DNA from: a virus
Lineage: Duplodnaviria > Caudoviricetes
DNA length: 64,000 nucleotides
Strand: one strand, 5' to 3'
Virus record (IMG/VR): IMGVR_UViG_3300002895_000002
Location: 32,001 to 96,000 of that record
Numbering within the stretch: position 1 is the stretch's first letter; every line of letters begins with the position of its first letter. The position numbers and the translations under genes are program-made. The notes under the pieces are model-generated. The model made no database searches, was not told the DNA's origin, and saw only the letters and a list, made by a program, of their open reading frames with translations. Of this stretch, positions 46,063 to 56,433 are shown in pieces.

Positions 46063-46970
46063 TGCCGACAGTTTACACCACAACGCCGAACCTGGGCCTG
46101 AAGAAAATCGCTGACGGTGAGCGTAACTGGGGTCCATTCACCCGGGAGAACCTGGATAAGCTTGACCTCATCTCCGCCTATCTGTTGTCAAGCGGTAAGA
46201 TCAAGATCGGTCTCACACCTCAGTCAGCTGCACTTGTTGGTAAGGCGAATGAGCCGGTTATTTACGGCATCCAGGGAGCAGTCACCTCCTGGTACGAGCT
46301 CCGTTATCCCAACTCCGACAGTGCTGCCTTTTGGGTCATTCCTGGATGCATCACTGCTGACTTCACCAATGACCTGCTGAAAGCCACAATCCGCTGGAAG
46401 ACTCCCACTGTCGGTCCGGTGGTGTGGCAAGTCCAGATGGCCGCGATCCTACCGGGTGATGCCATGGATGTGGTGATGCAACCGGCCAGACTGTTCTCGG
46501 CAGTGGCTGCTGCTGGTGCTGAGAAGATGGTGGAGTCGGAGATCACCTTCACCCCGACCATGCAGGAACTCCGAGCCGGTTACCCGTGCATCATCTCCAT
46601 ATCCAGATTGGCGACTGATCCGGGAGACACACTGGCTGATGTGGCGAATCTGGTTGACGGCAGTGTAACCCTGAGCCTGCCGTTCGTTCAGCCGACCTTC
46701 ACCATCAACACTGGAGACATCGTGGGTGAACCGGATGCTTCCCAGGCAGTGTACAGCTATGACGCTGAAGGACGTGTCATTGGAGTCAGCGAGATGGTTG
46801 ACAGCGTGCTGAAGACCACCACGATCACCTACTACCCTGATGCAGACCCGAACTATCCGGAAGGGAAGATCCACACCGTCGCTGAGCAGTACGGCGGCAC
46901 AACCCGCACCGAGACCTACACCTACAATCCGGATGGTACCATAGCTGGAATGACAGCCACGGTGGTGTAA
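46062..46970 (+). CDS. tail-associated protein with YD-like C-terminus
   Basis: TPNLGLKK N-terminus; YSYDAEGRV, YTYNPDGTI. Confidence 0.65.
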   Translation: MPTVYTTTPNLGLKKIADGERNWGPFTRENLDKLDLISAYLLSSGKIKIGLTPQSAALVGKANEPVIYGIQGAVTSWYELRYPNSDSAAFWVIPGCITADFTNDLLKATIRWKTPTVGPVVWQVQMAAILPGDAMDVVMQPARLFSAVAAAGAEKMVESEITFTPTMQELRAGYPCIISISRLATDPGDTLADVANLVDGSVTLSLPFVQPTFTINTGDIVGEPDASQAVYSYDAEGRVIGVSEMVDSVLKTTTITYYPDADPNYPEGKIHTVAEQYGGTTRTETYTYNPDGTIAGMTATVV

Positions 46971-46972
46971 TC

Positions 46973-47569
46973 ATGCCAGTCCTGAAGAGAGAAGGGTATG
47001 ATGTCTATACCTCACCCCTAGACACACGGTTCGCCAACAACACTCTGTGGAGCCTTGGGAACTTCTACAACGGTCAGACCATCCACTTCTCTCGGACATC
47101 CACATCCAACATCGTCTGGGGGACTACCTACAAGGTGCACATGGTATGGCGGATGATCTCTGGTGGAGGTTATCATCAACTCGTGCATCGGTCTGCTGGT
47201 GGAGTGGACACCTACTTCCCGCTGCCGTACGAAGGGCTCGGTAACGCGGTGGCGAACGCATGGAGAACCACCAAGTATGACATCGTGATCGACCATACAT
47301 CACCGGGTGTCATCAACATCACCGGGCTTTACAAAACCGGCCCATTCAGCTTCAGCGGTGCCACCGATCCTATCCCAAGCATTCCACTGAACGTCACTGT
47401 AAACGTACCAGTAGAAGACGGTAGGCTGAACATCTACGTCGGTAACGGTGGATGGTGGGAGTTGTACATCGTGGATGACCTCGAGGACCAAGGTCCACTT
47501 ATGGGCTCCTATGTGAAAGCGGCAAGACCAGATTCAACTTACATCACAAATGCCCCGATTTCTGGATGA
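46973..47569 (+). CDS. virion protein (beta-rich)
   Basis: 198-aa ORF in the late operon. Confidence 0.65.
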   Translation: MPVLKREGYDVYTSPLDTRFANNTLWSLGNFYNGQTIHFSRTSTSNIVWGTTYKVHMVWRMISGGGYHQLVHRSAGGVDTYFPLPYEGLGNAVANAWRTTKYDIVIDHTSPGVINITGLYKTGPFSFSGATDPIPSIPLNVTVNVPVEDGRLNIYVGNGGWWELYIVDDLEDQGPLMGSYVKAARPDSTYITNAPISG

Positions 47570-47575
47570 TAAATA
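47568..47575 (+). promoter_or_regulatory. late promoter
   Basis: GATAAATA. Confidence 0.6.
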
Positions 47576-47584
47576 AGGCTGACC

Positions 47585-48100
47585 ATGATAAACATAGCCA
47601 AGATCATATCCGTCGTCAAGTCTCTGCTCGTCAACTATTACACCAAGAGCCAGGTTGACAATTTGGTGGTAAGCGGTCTTTTCTGGAAATCTCCAGTAGA
47701 CACTTATGCCGACCTAGCCACTACCTACCCAACACCGGAGGAAGGGTGGACTGTTTCCGTATCGGACACCAATGAGGTCTATCGGTACAATGCGGTAGCA
47801 CCTGATGTGGGTTGGCTACGGATTGACAGCGGCGCACTTGCCACTACCGAGGTTGCTGGCAGAATTGAGCTTGCCACATCGGCAGAAGTAACAGCAGGCA
47901 CCGATAGCACACGTGCCGTTGTTCCGTCTACTCTCAAGACCGAGTTGGATAAAAAAGAGGACGATCTGGGCAACCCGTCCATAAACGGACAGATGCTGGT
48001 AAGTACCACAACTGGCGTAAGATCATGGGCCACGCCACCAACAGGCGGAAGTGGAGGAGCTGACATTGAAGGACTTTTTCACATGCAAGATCATGGATAA
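47585..48100 (+). CDS. tail fibre-like protein
   Basis: AGRIELATSAEVTAGTDSTRAVVP fibre repeat. Confidence 0.7.
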   Translation: MINIAKIISVVKSLLVNYYTKSQVDNLVVSGLFWKSPVDTYADLATTYPTPEEGWTVSVSDTNEVYRYNAVAPDVGWLRIDSGALATTEVAGRIELATSAEVTAGTDSTRAVVPSTLKTELDKKEDDLGNPSINGQMLVSTTTGVRSWATPPTGGSGGADIEGLFHMQDHG

Positions 48101-48110
48101 GGAGAAATAG

Positions 48111-48653
48111 ATGAGGATTCTCGGTAACGTCAACCTCAAACATAACCAACTTCAAGAGTCAATTATGGAGTTGGTTTCATCTTTTCCGGCCGCTTCAGTC
48201 GGAAAGTTCGTTTTCAGGTTGGATCTGGCACAGGCATATATCTGCATCAGTGATTCGCCGGTTGCCTGGTTGCCTATCGGTAATAAAGCAGCCTATGTGC
48301 ATTATCAAGCTGTTCCTGCGATGTTGTGGACCGTCACCCATAACTTCGACAGCACCGACCTCTTCTTTGAGGTGTATGACACTGCGGGGAATGTGATCAT
48401 TGCTGATGAGATCACTATCGTTGATGCCAACTCCATTACCGTGTCATTCGGCACCTCCTCAGTGTCTGGTAGAGTTGTCATTGCCGCTCTTGACGGCAAT
48501 GCTGCACAAAATCTTCAGCTCATCAACGATGCATTGGAAGGACCTAACACCACATGGTCATCCGATAAGATCGCTGCCGAGATTGCTGCTGGTGGCGGAG
48601 GAGGCGGTGGAGTAATGGATGGGCTGCATCTGATGGGTGGTATGGGTGAGTAG
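48111..48653 (+). CDS. tail-associated protein
   Basis: shared N-terminal module, HNF..D..VYD domain, TWSSDKI. Confidence 0.7.
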   Translation: MRILGNVNLKHNQLQESIMELVSSFPAASVGKFVFRLDLAQAYICISDSPVAWLPIGNKAAYVHYQAVPAMLWTVTHNFDSTDLFFEVYDTAGNVIIADEITIVDANSITVSFGTSSVSGRVVIAALDGNAAQNLQLINDALEGPNTTWSSDKIAAEIAAGGGGGGGVMDGLHLMGGMGE

Positions 48654-48669
48654 AACACATCCACGAGCT

Positions 48670-48677
48670 GATAAATA
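48670..48677 (+). promoter_or_regulatory. late promoter
   Basis: GATAAATA. Confidence 0.6.
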
Positions 48678-48705
48678 GACATAGTTCAATACGGAGGATA
48701 ATCAC

Positions 48706-49047
48706 ATGGCAGTTTACACACCTGTTTCACTTTACCAAGGCGTTCTTGTTGATAGCGATACGGAAATTATTACCGACGTCGCCAACAAGACTATCATCAA
48801 GGAAATCATTCTCTGCAACACCACCGGAAACATCGTAAACGTCGACCTGAAAAAGCTTCTTTCCGGCGAAACTGTACCTGCAGCTAAGAACATCCTGTTC
48901 AATTCAAACGGGTTGACCCTTCAAGCCTTTGAGACCAAACAACTCACTCTGAGCATTGTTCTCGAGACTGGTGATTCTCTCTGGGCCAAGAGTAATGCTG
49001 CTTCTTCGGTTGCATGCCAGGTTTCCGGCGTCAGCGTAACGGCATAA
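48706..49047 (+). CDS. small virion protein
   Basis: SD GGAGG; 113 aa beta-sandwich-like. Confidence 0.7.
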   Translation: MAVYTPVSLYQGVLVDSDTEIITDVANKTIIKEIILCNTTGNIVNVDLKKLLSGETVPAAKNILFNSNGLTLQAFETKQLTLSIVLETGDSLWAKSNAASSVACQVSGVSVTA

Positions 49048-49059
49048 GGAGACTATGCA

Positions 49060-50112
49060 ATGATTCATAGCTCGCTCGGCACGGTTGTCCAAGAGACATC
49101 CAACTTTCTGGTGGAAGAGAAGATTATTGCTTCTCCAACTACCTCCGTCACTTTCTCAGATCTAGATGGGATAAAAGATGCTGGTTATGTCCTGGAGATC
49201 GCCGGCATTATTAACTCAGCCGCTGCCTCACGTTGGTTCTGTTATGTCAATGGCGATACTACCTTAGCAAACTATCATTCAACATGGGTCGGTCAATCCA
49301 GCAATACCGGGGGCACAGCGGCATACTCAATAGTAGCCGAGCCTTATCAAGCATTTGGTGTTGGGGTAGGCACGCGAGTCTTTTCAAAGGCAGATATTCT
49401 CTTCTGTCCCGGAAGTGGTCTCACTACCTTTTTCTCAATGACACGTTCATTCCATCCAACTTCTACAACAAACGGTGGTTGGTCTGGATATCATGAACAT
49501 CGTGTTGCACAAGTAAACATCACCTCGCTTACTATAACATCGGATGTTGCTAATGCAATAGGAGCTGGAACTGTCATTCGTTTGTATCGCAAGAAGCAGG
49601 GCGTTCCTTCGGCGTTTCCATCGGCACAAGGGATGCTGGTTGCGGACATTCTAGTTCCTACCAATGTAACACAGATTGACATCACTGGTCTGGATGCAAA
49701 TCTGCATGGTGGATATACCATTCTTGCCAATGTAAGTAATGCAACATCATCATCTTCATTGATTTCATGTTATGTGAATGACGATGTAACCGCTGCTAAC
49801 TATTATACACAACAAATAAACGCCGATTCAACATCTTTGACTGCTACCAGATATAACACCAATAGATGTATGGCAATGGAAGCTTCTCTTGGAGCTGCTG
49901 TTTTTGGAATGATTGAAGTTTCTTTAGGTGGTGGTGATAGGTGCAGGATTTCATCGACTACCTCAAGAGGCAATGGATCTGGGATTACCATTGACCAAGA
50001 GTTCTGTACAAAGGTCGCAACTGTTTCTAATATTACCAAGTTATCTTTTGTTGCTGCAGTTGCCAGTTCCATAGCTGCAGGATCAAGGATTAGTGTGTAT
50101 CGTCGCAAATAA
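49060..50112 (+). CDS. two-domain putative receptor-binding protein A
   Basis: internal duplication LVEEKI...TF..LD...GY / LVADI...ITGLDANLHGGY; ends VYRRK. Confidence 0.65.
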   Translation: MIHSSLGTVVQETSNFLVEEKIIASPTTSVTFSDLDGIKDAGYVLEIAGIINSAAASRWFCYVNGDTTLANYHSTWVGQSSNTGGTAAYSIVAEPYQAFGVGVGTRVFSKADILFCPGSGLTTFFSMTRSFHPTSTTNGGWSGYHEHRVAQVNITSLTITSDVANAIGAGTVIRLYRKKQGVPSAFPSAQGMLVADILVPTNVTQIDITGLDANLHGGYTILANVSNATSSSSLISCYVNDDVTAANYYTQQINADSTSLTATRYNTNRCMAMEASLGAAVFGMIEVSLGGGDRCRISSTTSRGNGSGITIDQEFCTKVATVSNITKLSFVAAVASSIAAGSRISVYRRK

Positions 50113-50136
50113 CACTTTACCATAGGAGAAACACTC

Positions 50137-50736
50137 ATGGCAACAAATAAGATTCTTTCGTTCGATGCATCCACTGGTGAAATGACCGAGACCACCGTGC
50201 CGTTCGTGCTCCCGGACGTTGCTGCACTCAAGGAGCAGAAGAAGGCTGAAATCGAGGCTGCTTGTGCCGCCGAGATCAACAACGGGACCGAACTTGGCCT
50301 GCTCAGCTCACTCGGCTATCGGGTCTATGACGCCAAGGAGGACCTCGGGAACTACCAGGTTGCTCTTGCCGCCATGCAAGCTCAGGGGATGACCGAGAGA
50401 ACAATCAAGGTGAAGGACCCGGTTGATCCGTTCAAGACTGTCACCGAAGCACAACTCAAGATCATCCTGGGTGAACTGACTGTTCGGGGCGACAATCTGT
50501 TCCTGAAGAAGTTCACGTTGAAGGGTCAGGCAGATGCCATTACCCAGGAAGCATATGAAGCTGCTTATGCTGCTGGTGTAGCAACTGCCCAAGCCGCCGT
50601 GGTCGCCGCTGCTGCTCTTCCGGAAACAACGGATGAGGAGAAGGCAGCAAAGGCTGATGCAGTTGCCGCTGCTGCTGCTGCTCTCGAAGTTGCTGAATTG
50701 AAGACCGACTATCTCTTCGAAACGATCGTTTGGTAA
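50137..50736 (+). CDS. putative tail fibre assembly/chaperone protein
   Basis: LKEQKKAEIEAAC...LQVALAA helical protein between fibre paralogs. Confidence 0.55.
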   Translation: MATNKILSFDASTGEMTETTVPFVLPDVAALKEQKKAEIEAACAAEINNGTELGLLSSLGYRVYDAKEDLGNYQVALAAMQAQGMTERTIKVKDPVDPFKTVTEAQLKIILGELTVRGDNLFLKKFTLKGQADAITQEAYEAAYAAGVATAQAAVVAAAALPETTDEEKAAKADAVAAAAAALEVAELKTDYLFETIVW

Positions 50737-50760
50737 TCCAACAGAAAGGGAGACATCAAT

Positions 50761-51765
50761 ATGATCAGTTCATCTTTCGGTCAACAACTTGCACAGTATC
50801 AGACGAGTTTCTTGGTTGAGGAGAAGATTCTCGCTGCGGCGGCCACCTCGGTAACCTTTAGTAACCTGAATGCACTACGTGATGGTGGGTATACTATTGA
50901 TATCTTAGCCATATCCAACACAACAGGCCAACCCAATATAAATCTCATAGTTAACGGTGATACCAACACCGCTAATTATACCGGCAGAATGATGTATGCA
51001 TCCAGCAACAGTGCTCTAGGTTTAGCAACAACCAATCGCATATCTGCTCTTGCTCCAGCTGTCGGTCAACTATGTGCATCATTTACTGATGTTGCATTTG
51101 CTGGTGGAAAGATATCGGCTTATACAAGAGCTACCGATCAGTTCCCGGAAGTCTTTGTTGTTGGTACTCAATACACACCAACAGTAAGCAATATCACTTC
51201 TATTACTATCGAATGTGCAACTGCATCTGGATTGGCTGCAGGAACGATCATTCGTCTTTATCGTAAGCTTAACGGAAACACCGCGACATTTACTCCACTT
51301 CAGAACAATCTTGTTGCGGACATCATGATTACATCAGCAGCTACTCAGGTGGACATTACTGGGTTGGATGCAAATCTTCATGGTGGCTATGATGTTATTT
51401 TTTGTGGTGTGCCTGGTGTAGCAAGTGCTATTAATACCTACATAAATGGTGATACCAATAATGCAAATTACGCAGGAAGAAGAATATATACTTCCGGCAG
51501 CGGCACCCCGGGTGAATCGGTTCTGCAATCCTTTGCGACATCAGATACACAGTTGGCATTCGCAAAAATTAATATAAGTCCTGTGATTAATTCCAAAGCT
51601 TTAATGCTGAGTCATTTCAGTTATCAAGGTGCAGGAACTGAATATCTTATGTATACCTCAGTTAGATATAGAATAGCAATTTCAAACATAAACCAACTTT
51701 CATTTGTTGGCACAACAAATGCTTTCGGTGTAGGATCAAGATTCCAGGTGTACCGTAGGAAATAA
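50761..51765 (+). CDS. two-domain putative receptor-binding protein B
   Basis: paralog of 49060. Confidence 0.65.
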   Translation: MISSSFGQQLAQYQTSFLVEEKILAAAATSVTFSNLNALRDGGYTIDILAISNTTGQPNINLIVNGDTNTANYTGRMMYASSNSALGLATTNRISALAPAVGQLCASFTDVAFAGGKISAYTRATDQFPEVFVVGTQYTPTVSNITSITIECATASGLAAGTIIRLYRKLNGNTATFTPLQNNLVADIMITSAATQVDITGLDANLHGGYDVIFCGVPGVASAINTYINGDTNNANYAGRRIYTSGSGTPGESVLQSFATSDTQLAFAKINISPVINSKALMLSHFSYQGAGTEYLMYTSVRYRIAISNINQLSFVGTTNAFGVGSRFQVYRRK

Positions 51766-51777
51766 AAGGCCTTTAAC

Positions 51778-51828
51778 TTGACTACCGAGTCTCATCTATC
51801 TACACTGATAAATAGACTCGGTAGTCAA
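51778..51828 (+). promoter_or_regulatory. long hairpin containing a late promoter
   Basis: TTGACTACCGAGTCT/AGACTCGGTAGTCAA with GATAAATA at 51807-51814. Confidence 0.65.
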
Positions 51829-51851
51829 CCATCGTATGAAAGGATGGAACA

Positions 51852-52583
51852 GTGAAGGTCTTCGGGTCCATCGATCTCAATAATAATGAAATAAAGCAAA
51901 CGGGCTTCGAAGTCCTGACCTACTTTCCAGCAGCCAAGGAAGGCAAAGTAGTTTATCGGTCAGACTACGGTGACACCTATGTTTGTGTCTCTGTTTCTCC
52001 ACCGGTTTGGATGCCAACCACCAACGCCGCTGCATACACTCATCATCAACCCGGTGGAGGGATGATATGGGATGTTATGCATATGCTTGGAACGACTGAG
52101 GTGTTCGTTCAGGTATATGACGATAACGGTCAGCAGATCATACCAGACTCCATCAACATTATCAACCAGGACAACATCGTCATCACATTTGGGTCATCCA
52201 CTGTAGCAGGAAAAGCGGTTGTCTCTGCTCTCAAGGATCACGTCGGCATTACTCTTGAGGGTGCCACCATTTCCGACATAACGACCACCACGACTGCTAC
52301 TTGGTCCTCCCAGAAGATCCAGGACACCATCAACGCAGCGGTGTCTGGCAACATCACACCAATCGTTGCTCAAATATTATACCCAAATGTCACTCAGGAC
52401 GATGTGTTGATTTTGGATTGTAAGACCGTTGTGGGTATCTATGAGTTTGATGGTTCTGGGTATGACCAATTGATACCCGGTATTGATTATAGCATTAGGC
52501 GTGAATTTGCCGATGGTTCCCAGATCCACGTCATTACCAAAATAAAGCAAACCACGGCTGATCTTGTCGTGGATTACATGTAG
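51852..52583 (+). CDS. tail-associated protein
   Basis: shared N-terminal module, TWSSQKI. Confidence 0.7.
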   Translation: MKVFGSIDLNNNEIKQTGFEVLTYFPAAKEGKVVYRSDYGDTYVCVSVSPPVWMPTTNAAAYTHHQPGGGMIWDVMHMLGTTEVFVQVYDDNGQQIIPDSINIINQDNIVITFGSSTVAGKAVVSALKDHVGITLEGATISDITTTTTATWSSQKIQDTINAAVSGNITPIVAQILYPNVTQDDVLILDCKTVVGIYEFDGSGYDQLIPGIDYSIRREFADGSQIHVITKIKQTTADLVVDYM

Positions 52584-52591
52584 GAGCTGAT

Positions 52592-53044
52592 ATGGCCCGC
52601 AAACCAACTGTAATGAGTAGAACCTGGCTGCGATCCCGTTTTGAGAACGGTGACACACCAGATCAGAATGAATGGTATGTAATATTTGACAGCTTCGTCC
52701 ATAAGGTAGAAGACAGCCATCTATTCAATTTTGCGGACATCATTGATGACGATGTAACTGCTCTTGATAAGACTTGGTCATCAGAAAAAATTGCTGATGA
52801 GATTGCTGCTAATGCTTCACCTATTTTGAAGATTAAACAGACCTTCACAAATGCAAGCATTGTTGACATATATCACAATTTTAATACTGACTACATCACA
52901 TACAAAGCATTTTATCCAGGACCTGATGGTTATGAAGAATTCATTCCTTCTAGGTTTATTCTGATAAATAGTAACCACGCCAGGATGGAAATGAACCCAC
53001 CAACATCCGGATTCGTTATTCTAATGGGAACAGAAATCGCGTAA
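52592..53044 (+). CDS. tail-associated protein
   Basis: FENGDTPDQNEW...FDSFVHK, TWSSEKI, HNF domain. Confidence 0.7.
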   Translation: MARKPTVMSRTWLRSRFENGDTPDQNEWYVIFDSFVHKVEDSHLFNFADIIDDDVTALDKTWSSEKIADEIAANASPILKIKQTFTNASIVDIYHNFNTDYITYKAFYPGPDGYEEFIPSRFILINSNHARMEMNPPTSGFVILMGTEIA

Positions 53045-53089
53045 CAACTGTCGGGTGGTCCGACATACAACACAAAGGAGAAAACACGC

Positions 53090-55525
53090 ATGAAACTGTA
53101 TGGTAACCTCAAGCTTCACGGAGGCGAGCTTCAGAACCTCAAGCTGGAAGTTCTGACAGATGATCCGACTGGCATAGGTCTGTTTGAAGGTCGTCTGTGG
53201 TACAACAGCACCGCTGATGCTATCAAGTATTATGACGGGGCTGATGTACAAATCGTTGGTGATACCGCCGAACTCCAAACTGTCATCAACAACCTCAACA
53301 CCGAGATCACCGCACGTCAGAACGCAGATACTACTCTTCAGGCTAACATTGACGCTGAAGAAACTGCTCGTGTTGCTGCCGATGCTACTCTGACTTCTAA
53401 CCTTGCTGCTGAGGTTACGAACCGCCAGAATGCAGATTCCACTCTGCAAAGCAACATCAACACCGTTCAGAGCAACCTGAACACCGAGGCAACGACTCGT
53501 CAGAATGCAGACACAACTCTTCAGGCCAATATCGACGCTGAAGCAACTACTCGCGCTGCTGCGGACACAACTCTGACCAACAACCTGAATGCAGAGATTA
53601 CTGCACGTCAAAATGCAGATTCAACGCTGCAAGCAAACATTGACGCTGAAGCAACTGCTCGTGCTGCGGCTGATTCCACATTGACATCGAACCTTGCTGC
53701 TGAGGTTACGAACCGTCAAAATGCCGACTCTACTCTCCAGGCTAACATTGACACTGAAGCAACTGCTCGTGCTGCTGCTGATACGACGTTAACCAACAGC
53801 CTGGATGCAGAGGCAACTGCTCGTGCTAATGCTGACACCACTCTCCAGGCTAACATCGATAATGAAGTCTCGGCCCGTACCGCTGCCGTTGCTCTGAAGG
53901 TAAGCAAGTCCGGCGATAGCATGAGCGGTAACCTGGCCATGGGCGGAGTTGCCAAAGTAACCGGCATGGTTGCCCCGACTGATCCGACTGATGCTGCTAC
54001 CAAAGCATACGTTGACAGTCTGGCTTCCGGTCTTGTCTGGCGTGATCCGATCGTTCTCATCAACTTCACGGGTTCTGCTTCTGCTCCGGTTGCTTCTCCT
54101 GTCAAGTACGATTCGTATGTCATCGATGTCGGCGGCGCTACTGGTGCATGGGCAGGCTTTGCTGAAGGTGATGTTGTTCAGTGCACCGATGAAGCTGGCC
54201 CGGTTTGGACCAAGGTAACCGATTTTACCGTTGGTCAGCACTATGTAATCTCCGGTATCACTGAGACCACCCCGATTGGTATTGCTGCTGGTCACCTCAC
54301 CGATTACATGACCGTAACCAATGCTGTTCCGGGTTCGTATGCAGCTACCTTTGACGAGCCTATCGAGGGCAACGCAGTGTTCGTTGGTGATCCGGGTGCC
54401 GCTCTGTTCGGCCGTTCATACACCTATGCCGCTTCTACCGCTGCACCGACCGGCAACCCGACCCATACCTGGATTCAGTTCGGCGGTCCGGGTGCTACTG
54501 GCGCAGGCGTTGGTCTGTACTACGAAGGCAACGTTCTTCACGTCAACCTCGGTGCTGGTATTGCTCAGCTCCCGACTGACGAAGTTGGTATCGACCTGTA
54601 TGCAACTGGCGGTCTTGAACTGGTTGATCCGGGTACCGGTCTTCCGTCGAATGCTTCGGATGCAGTTCTTGCTATCAATGCAGCTGATACATCCATCACT
54701 GTAGACGGCAATGGTATCAAACTTGCTACTACGCTTCAGACGGCAATCTCTTCCAACACTTCTGCCATTGCTGCTGAGACGACTGCTCGTCAGAATGCCG
54801 ATACCACACTGCAGGCTAACATCGACGCTGAAGCAACTGCTCGCATTGCAGCAGACAGCACTCTCCAGGCAAACATCGATGCTGAAGCTACCACAAGGGC
54901 AGCAGCTGATACGACATTGACCAACAACCTCAATGCAGAGATCACGGCACGTCAGAACGCAGACAGTACGCTCCAAGCTAACATCGATGCAGAGGTAACG
55001 GCAAGGACCGGTGCAGATACCACCCTTACTAACAACCTCAACGCTGAGATCACTGCACGTACCAACGCTGACACTACGCTCCAGGCTAACATTGATGCTG
55101 AAGCAACTGCTCGTGCCAACGCTGATACGACACTGACCAACAATCTCAACGCTGAGATCACTGCCAGGACGAATGCTGATACGACTCTCCAGGCTAACAT
55201 CGATGCAGAGGCAACCGCAAGAGCCAATGCTGATACGACGCTCCAAGCCAATATCGATGCTGAAGCAACTGCTCGTGCTAACGCCGACACAACGCTCCAG
55301 ACCAACATCGATGCATGTGCCAAGCGTTATCAGTTCACTGCCGGCGCTGCGAACACCTCGTTCACCATCAACCACAACCTCGGTTACAAGTATGTCAACG
55401 TAACTGTATACGACTCGGTTGACGACGAAGTTATCATCCCGAACAGCATCCAGGCAATCAGCACCAACAGCCTAACAATCACCTTTACCTCCGCTGTTCA
55501 ACCGATCGTCAAGATCGTTGCCTAA
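53090..55525 (+). CDS. long fibre protein with coiled-coil repeat shafts
   Basis: two blocks of 18-aa repeats (TLQANIDAEATARAAADS / TLTNNLNAEITARQNADS) around a central beta domain; C-terminal HNLG...VYD domain. Confidence 0.8.
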   Translation: MKLYGNLKLHGGELQNLKLEVLTDDPTGIGLFEGRLWYNSTADAIKYYDGADVQIVGDTAELQTVINNLNTEITARQNADTTLQANIDAEETARVAADATLTSNLAAEVTNRQNADSTLQSNINTVQSNLNTEATTRQNADTTLQANIDAEATTRAAADTTLTNNLNAEITARQNADSTLQANIDAEATARAAADSTLTSNLAAEVTNRQNADSTLQANIDTEATARAAADTTLTNSLDAEATARANADTTLQANIDNEVSARTAAVALKVSKSGDSMSGNLAMGGVAKVTGMVAPTDPTDAATKAYVDSLASGLVWRDPIVLINFTGSASAPVASPVKYDSYVIDVGGATGAWAGFAEGDVVQCTDEAGPVWTKVTDFTVGQHYVISGITETTPIGIAAGHLTDYMTVTNAVPGSYAATFDEPIEGNAVFVGDPGAALFGRSYTYAASTAAPTGNPTHTWIQFGGPGATGAGVGLYYEGNVLHVNLGAGIAQLPTDEVGIDLYATGGLELVDPGTGLPSNASDAVLAINAADTSITVDGNGIKLATTLQTAISSNTSAIAAETTARQNADTTLQANIDAEATARIAADSTLQANIDAEATTRAAADTTLTNNLNAEITARQNADSTLQANIDAEVTARTGADTTLTNNLNAEITARTNADTTLQANIDAEATARANADTTLTNNLNAEITARTNADTTLQANIDAEATARANADTTLQANIDAEATARANADTTLQTNIDACAKRYQFTAGAANTSFTINHNLGYKYVNVTVYDSVDDEVIIPNSIQAISTNSLTITFTSAVQPIVKIVA
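53278..53880 (+). repeat. 54-nt coding tandem repeats, block 1
   Basis: synonymously diverged 18-aa units. Confidence 0.8.
54760..55320 (+). repeat. 54-nt coding tandem repeats, block 2
   Basis: same unit as block 1. Confidence 0.8.
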
Positions 55526-55530
55526 TCTGA

Positions 55531-55585
55531 ACAACTTCGGTTGTCATCAGGGGAGGAGGGTTTCCTCCTCCTCCCCTTTCTTTAT
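55531..55585 (+). terminator. UUCG hairpin plus rho-independent terminator
   Basis: ACAAC-TTCG-GTTGT; GGGGAGGAGG/CCTCCTCCCC then T-rich tail. Confidence 0.75.
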
Positions 55586-55596
55586 AAGGAGTCTCA

Positions 55597-56433
55597 ATGA
55601 GAGTACACGGTAACGTCAATCTCAACGATAACGAACTACAGGACTTCCTGATTCATCCAACATCCGAGTTTCCCGGCACCGCTAAAGTCGGTAAAGCGGT
55701 GTTCAGGGTGGACCTGGGTCAGGTTTATGTCTGTGTTCAGGAGTCACCGGCTATCTGGTACCCGATGGCCAACCATAACACCTACGTGCACACCCAAGCC
55801 TCTCCCTCTGCACAGTGGAACATCACGCATAACCTCGGCACCACCGACGTGTTTGTCCAGACCTACGGTGACGACGGTGAGATCTTCATGGCTGACACCA
55901 AGGTCATCGATGAGAACACCGTGCGTATCACCGCGAGCACCACGATCACCGGTAAGGCAGTCATCGCTGCGCTGAACGATCTCGTCGGCATACCGGTAAC
56001 ACATAGCCACACCAACAAGGCCGTGCTTGACCAACTCTCTGATGTTGGGGGTGCTCTCTACTACAACGGGAATGCCATCGGTGGGGGTGGAGGCGGTGCT
56101 GACTCGGTCATACTCAATCAGCCAGGTGCAGTGACGGTACTGTCCGGCTCAGCACGTTGGTATGCACCGGGAAACATCACTGTGGATGACGTCATGGTAG
56201 CATGTGGGGTTGCTCCGACCGGTCAGAACCTCGTCATCGATGTGAAGAAGAACGGGGTGTCCATTTTCAACAGCACGAAACCGACTGTCACTGCTGGTCA
56301 GAATGCTGGTTCAACGGTAGCACCGTATGTAGCCACCACAATGACCGATACCGACTACCTGACCGTGGATGTCACTCAAATTGGAAGTATAAACCCGGGT
56401 GCAGACATGACGGTCCGCATCCGTTATCACTGA
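55597..56433 (+). CDS. tail-associated protein
   Basis: shared N-terminal module; HSHTNKAVLDQL motif; Gly linker. Confidence 0.7.
   Translation: MRVHGNVNLNDNELQDFLIHPTSEFPGTAKVGKAVFRVDLGQVYVCVQESPAIWYPMANHNTYVHTQASPSAQWNITHNLGTTDVFVQTYGDDGEIFMADTKVIDENTVRITASTTITGKAVIAALNDLVGIPVTHSHTNKAVLDQLSDVGGALYYNGNAIGGGGGGADSVILNQPGAVTVLSGSARWYAPGNITVDDVMVACGVAPTGQNLVIDVKKNGVSIFNSTKPTVTAGQNAGSTVAPYVATTMTDTDYLTVDVTQIGSINPGADMTVRIRYH

Noticed and set aside
49060-51765. Diversity-generating retroelement TR/VR pair
   Set aside because: The paralogs are too diverged, differences are not adenine-specific, and no reverse transcriptase is in the window.
53278-55320. CRISPR-like array
   Set aside because: The repeats are in-frame 54-nt coding units without unique spacers, and no cas genes are present.
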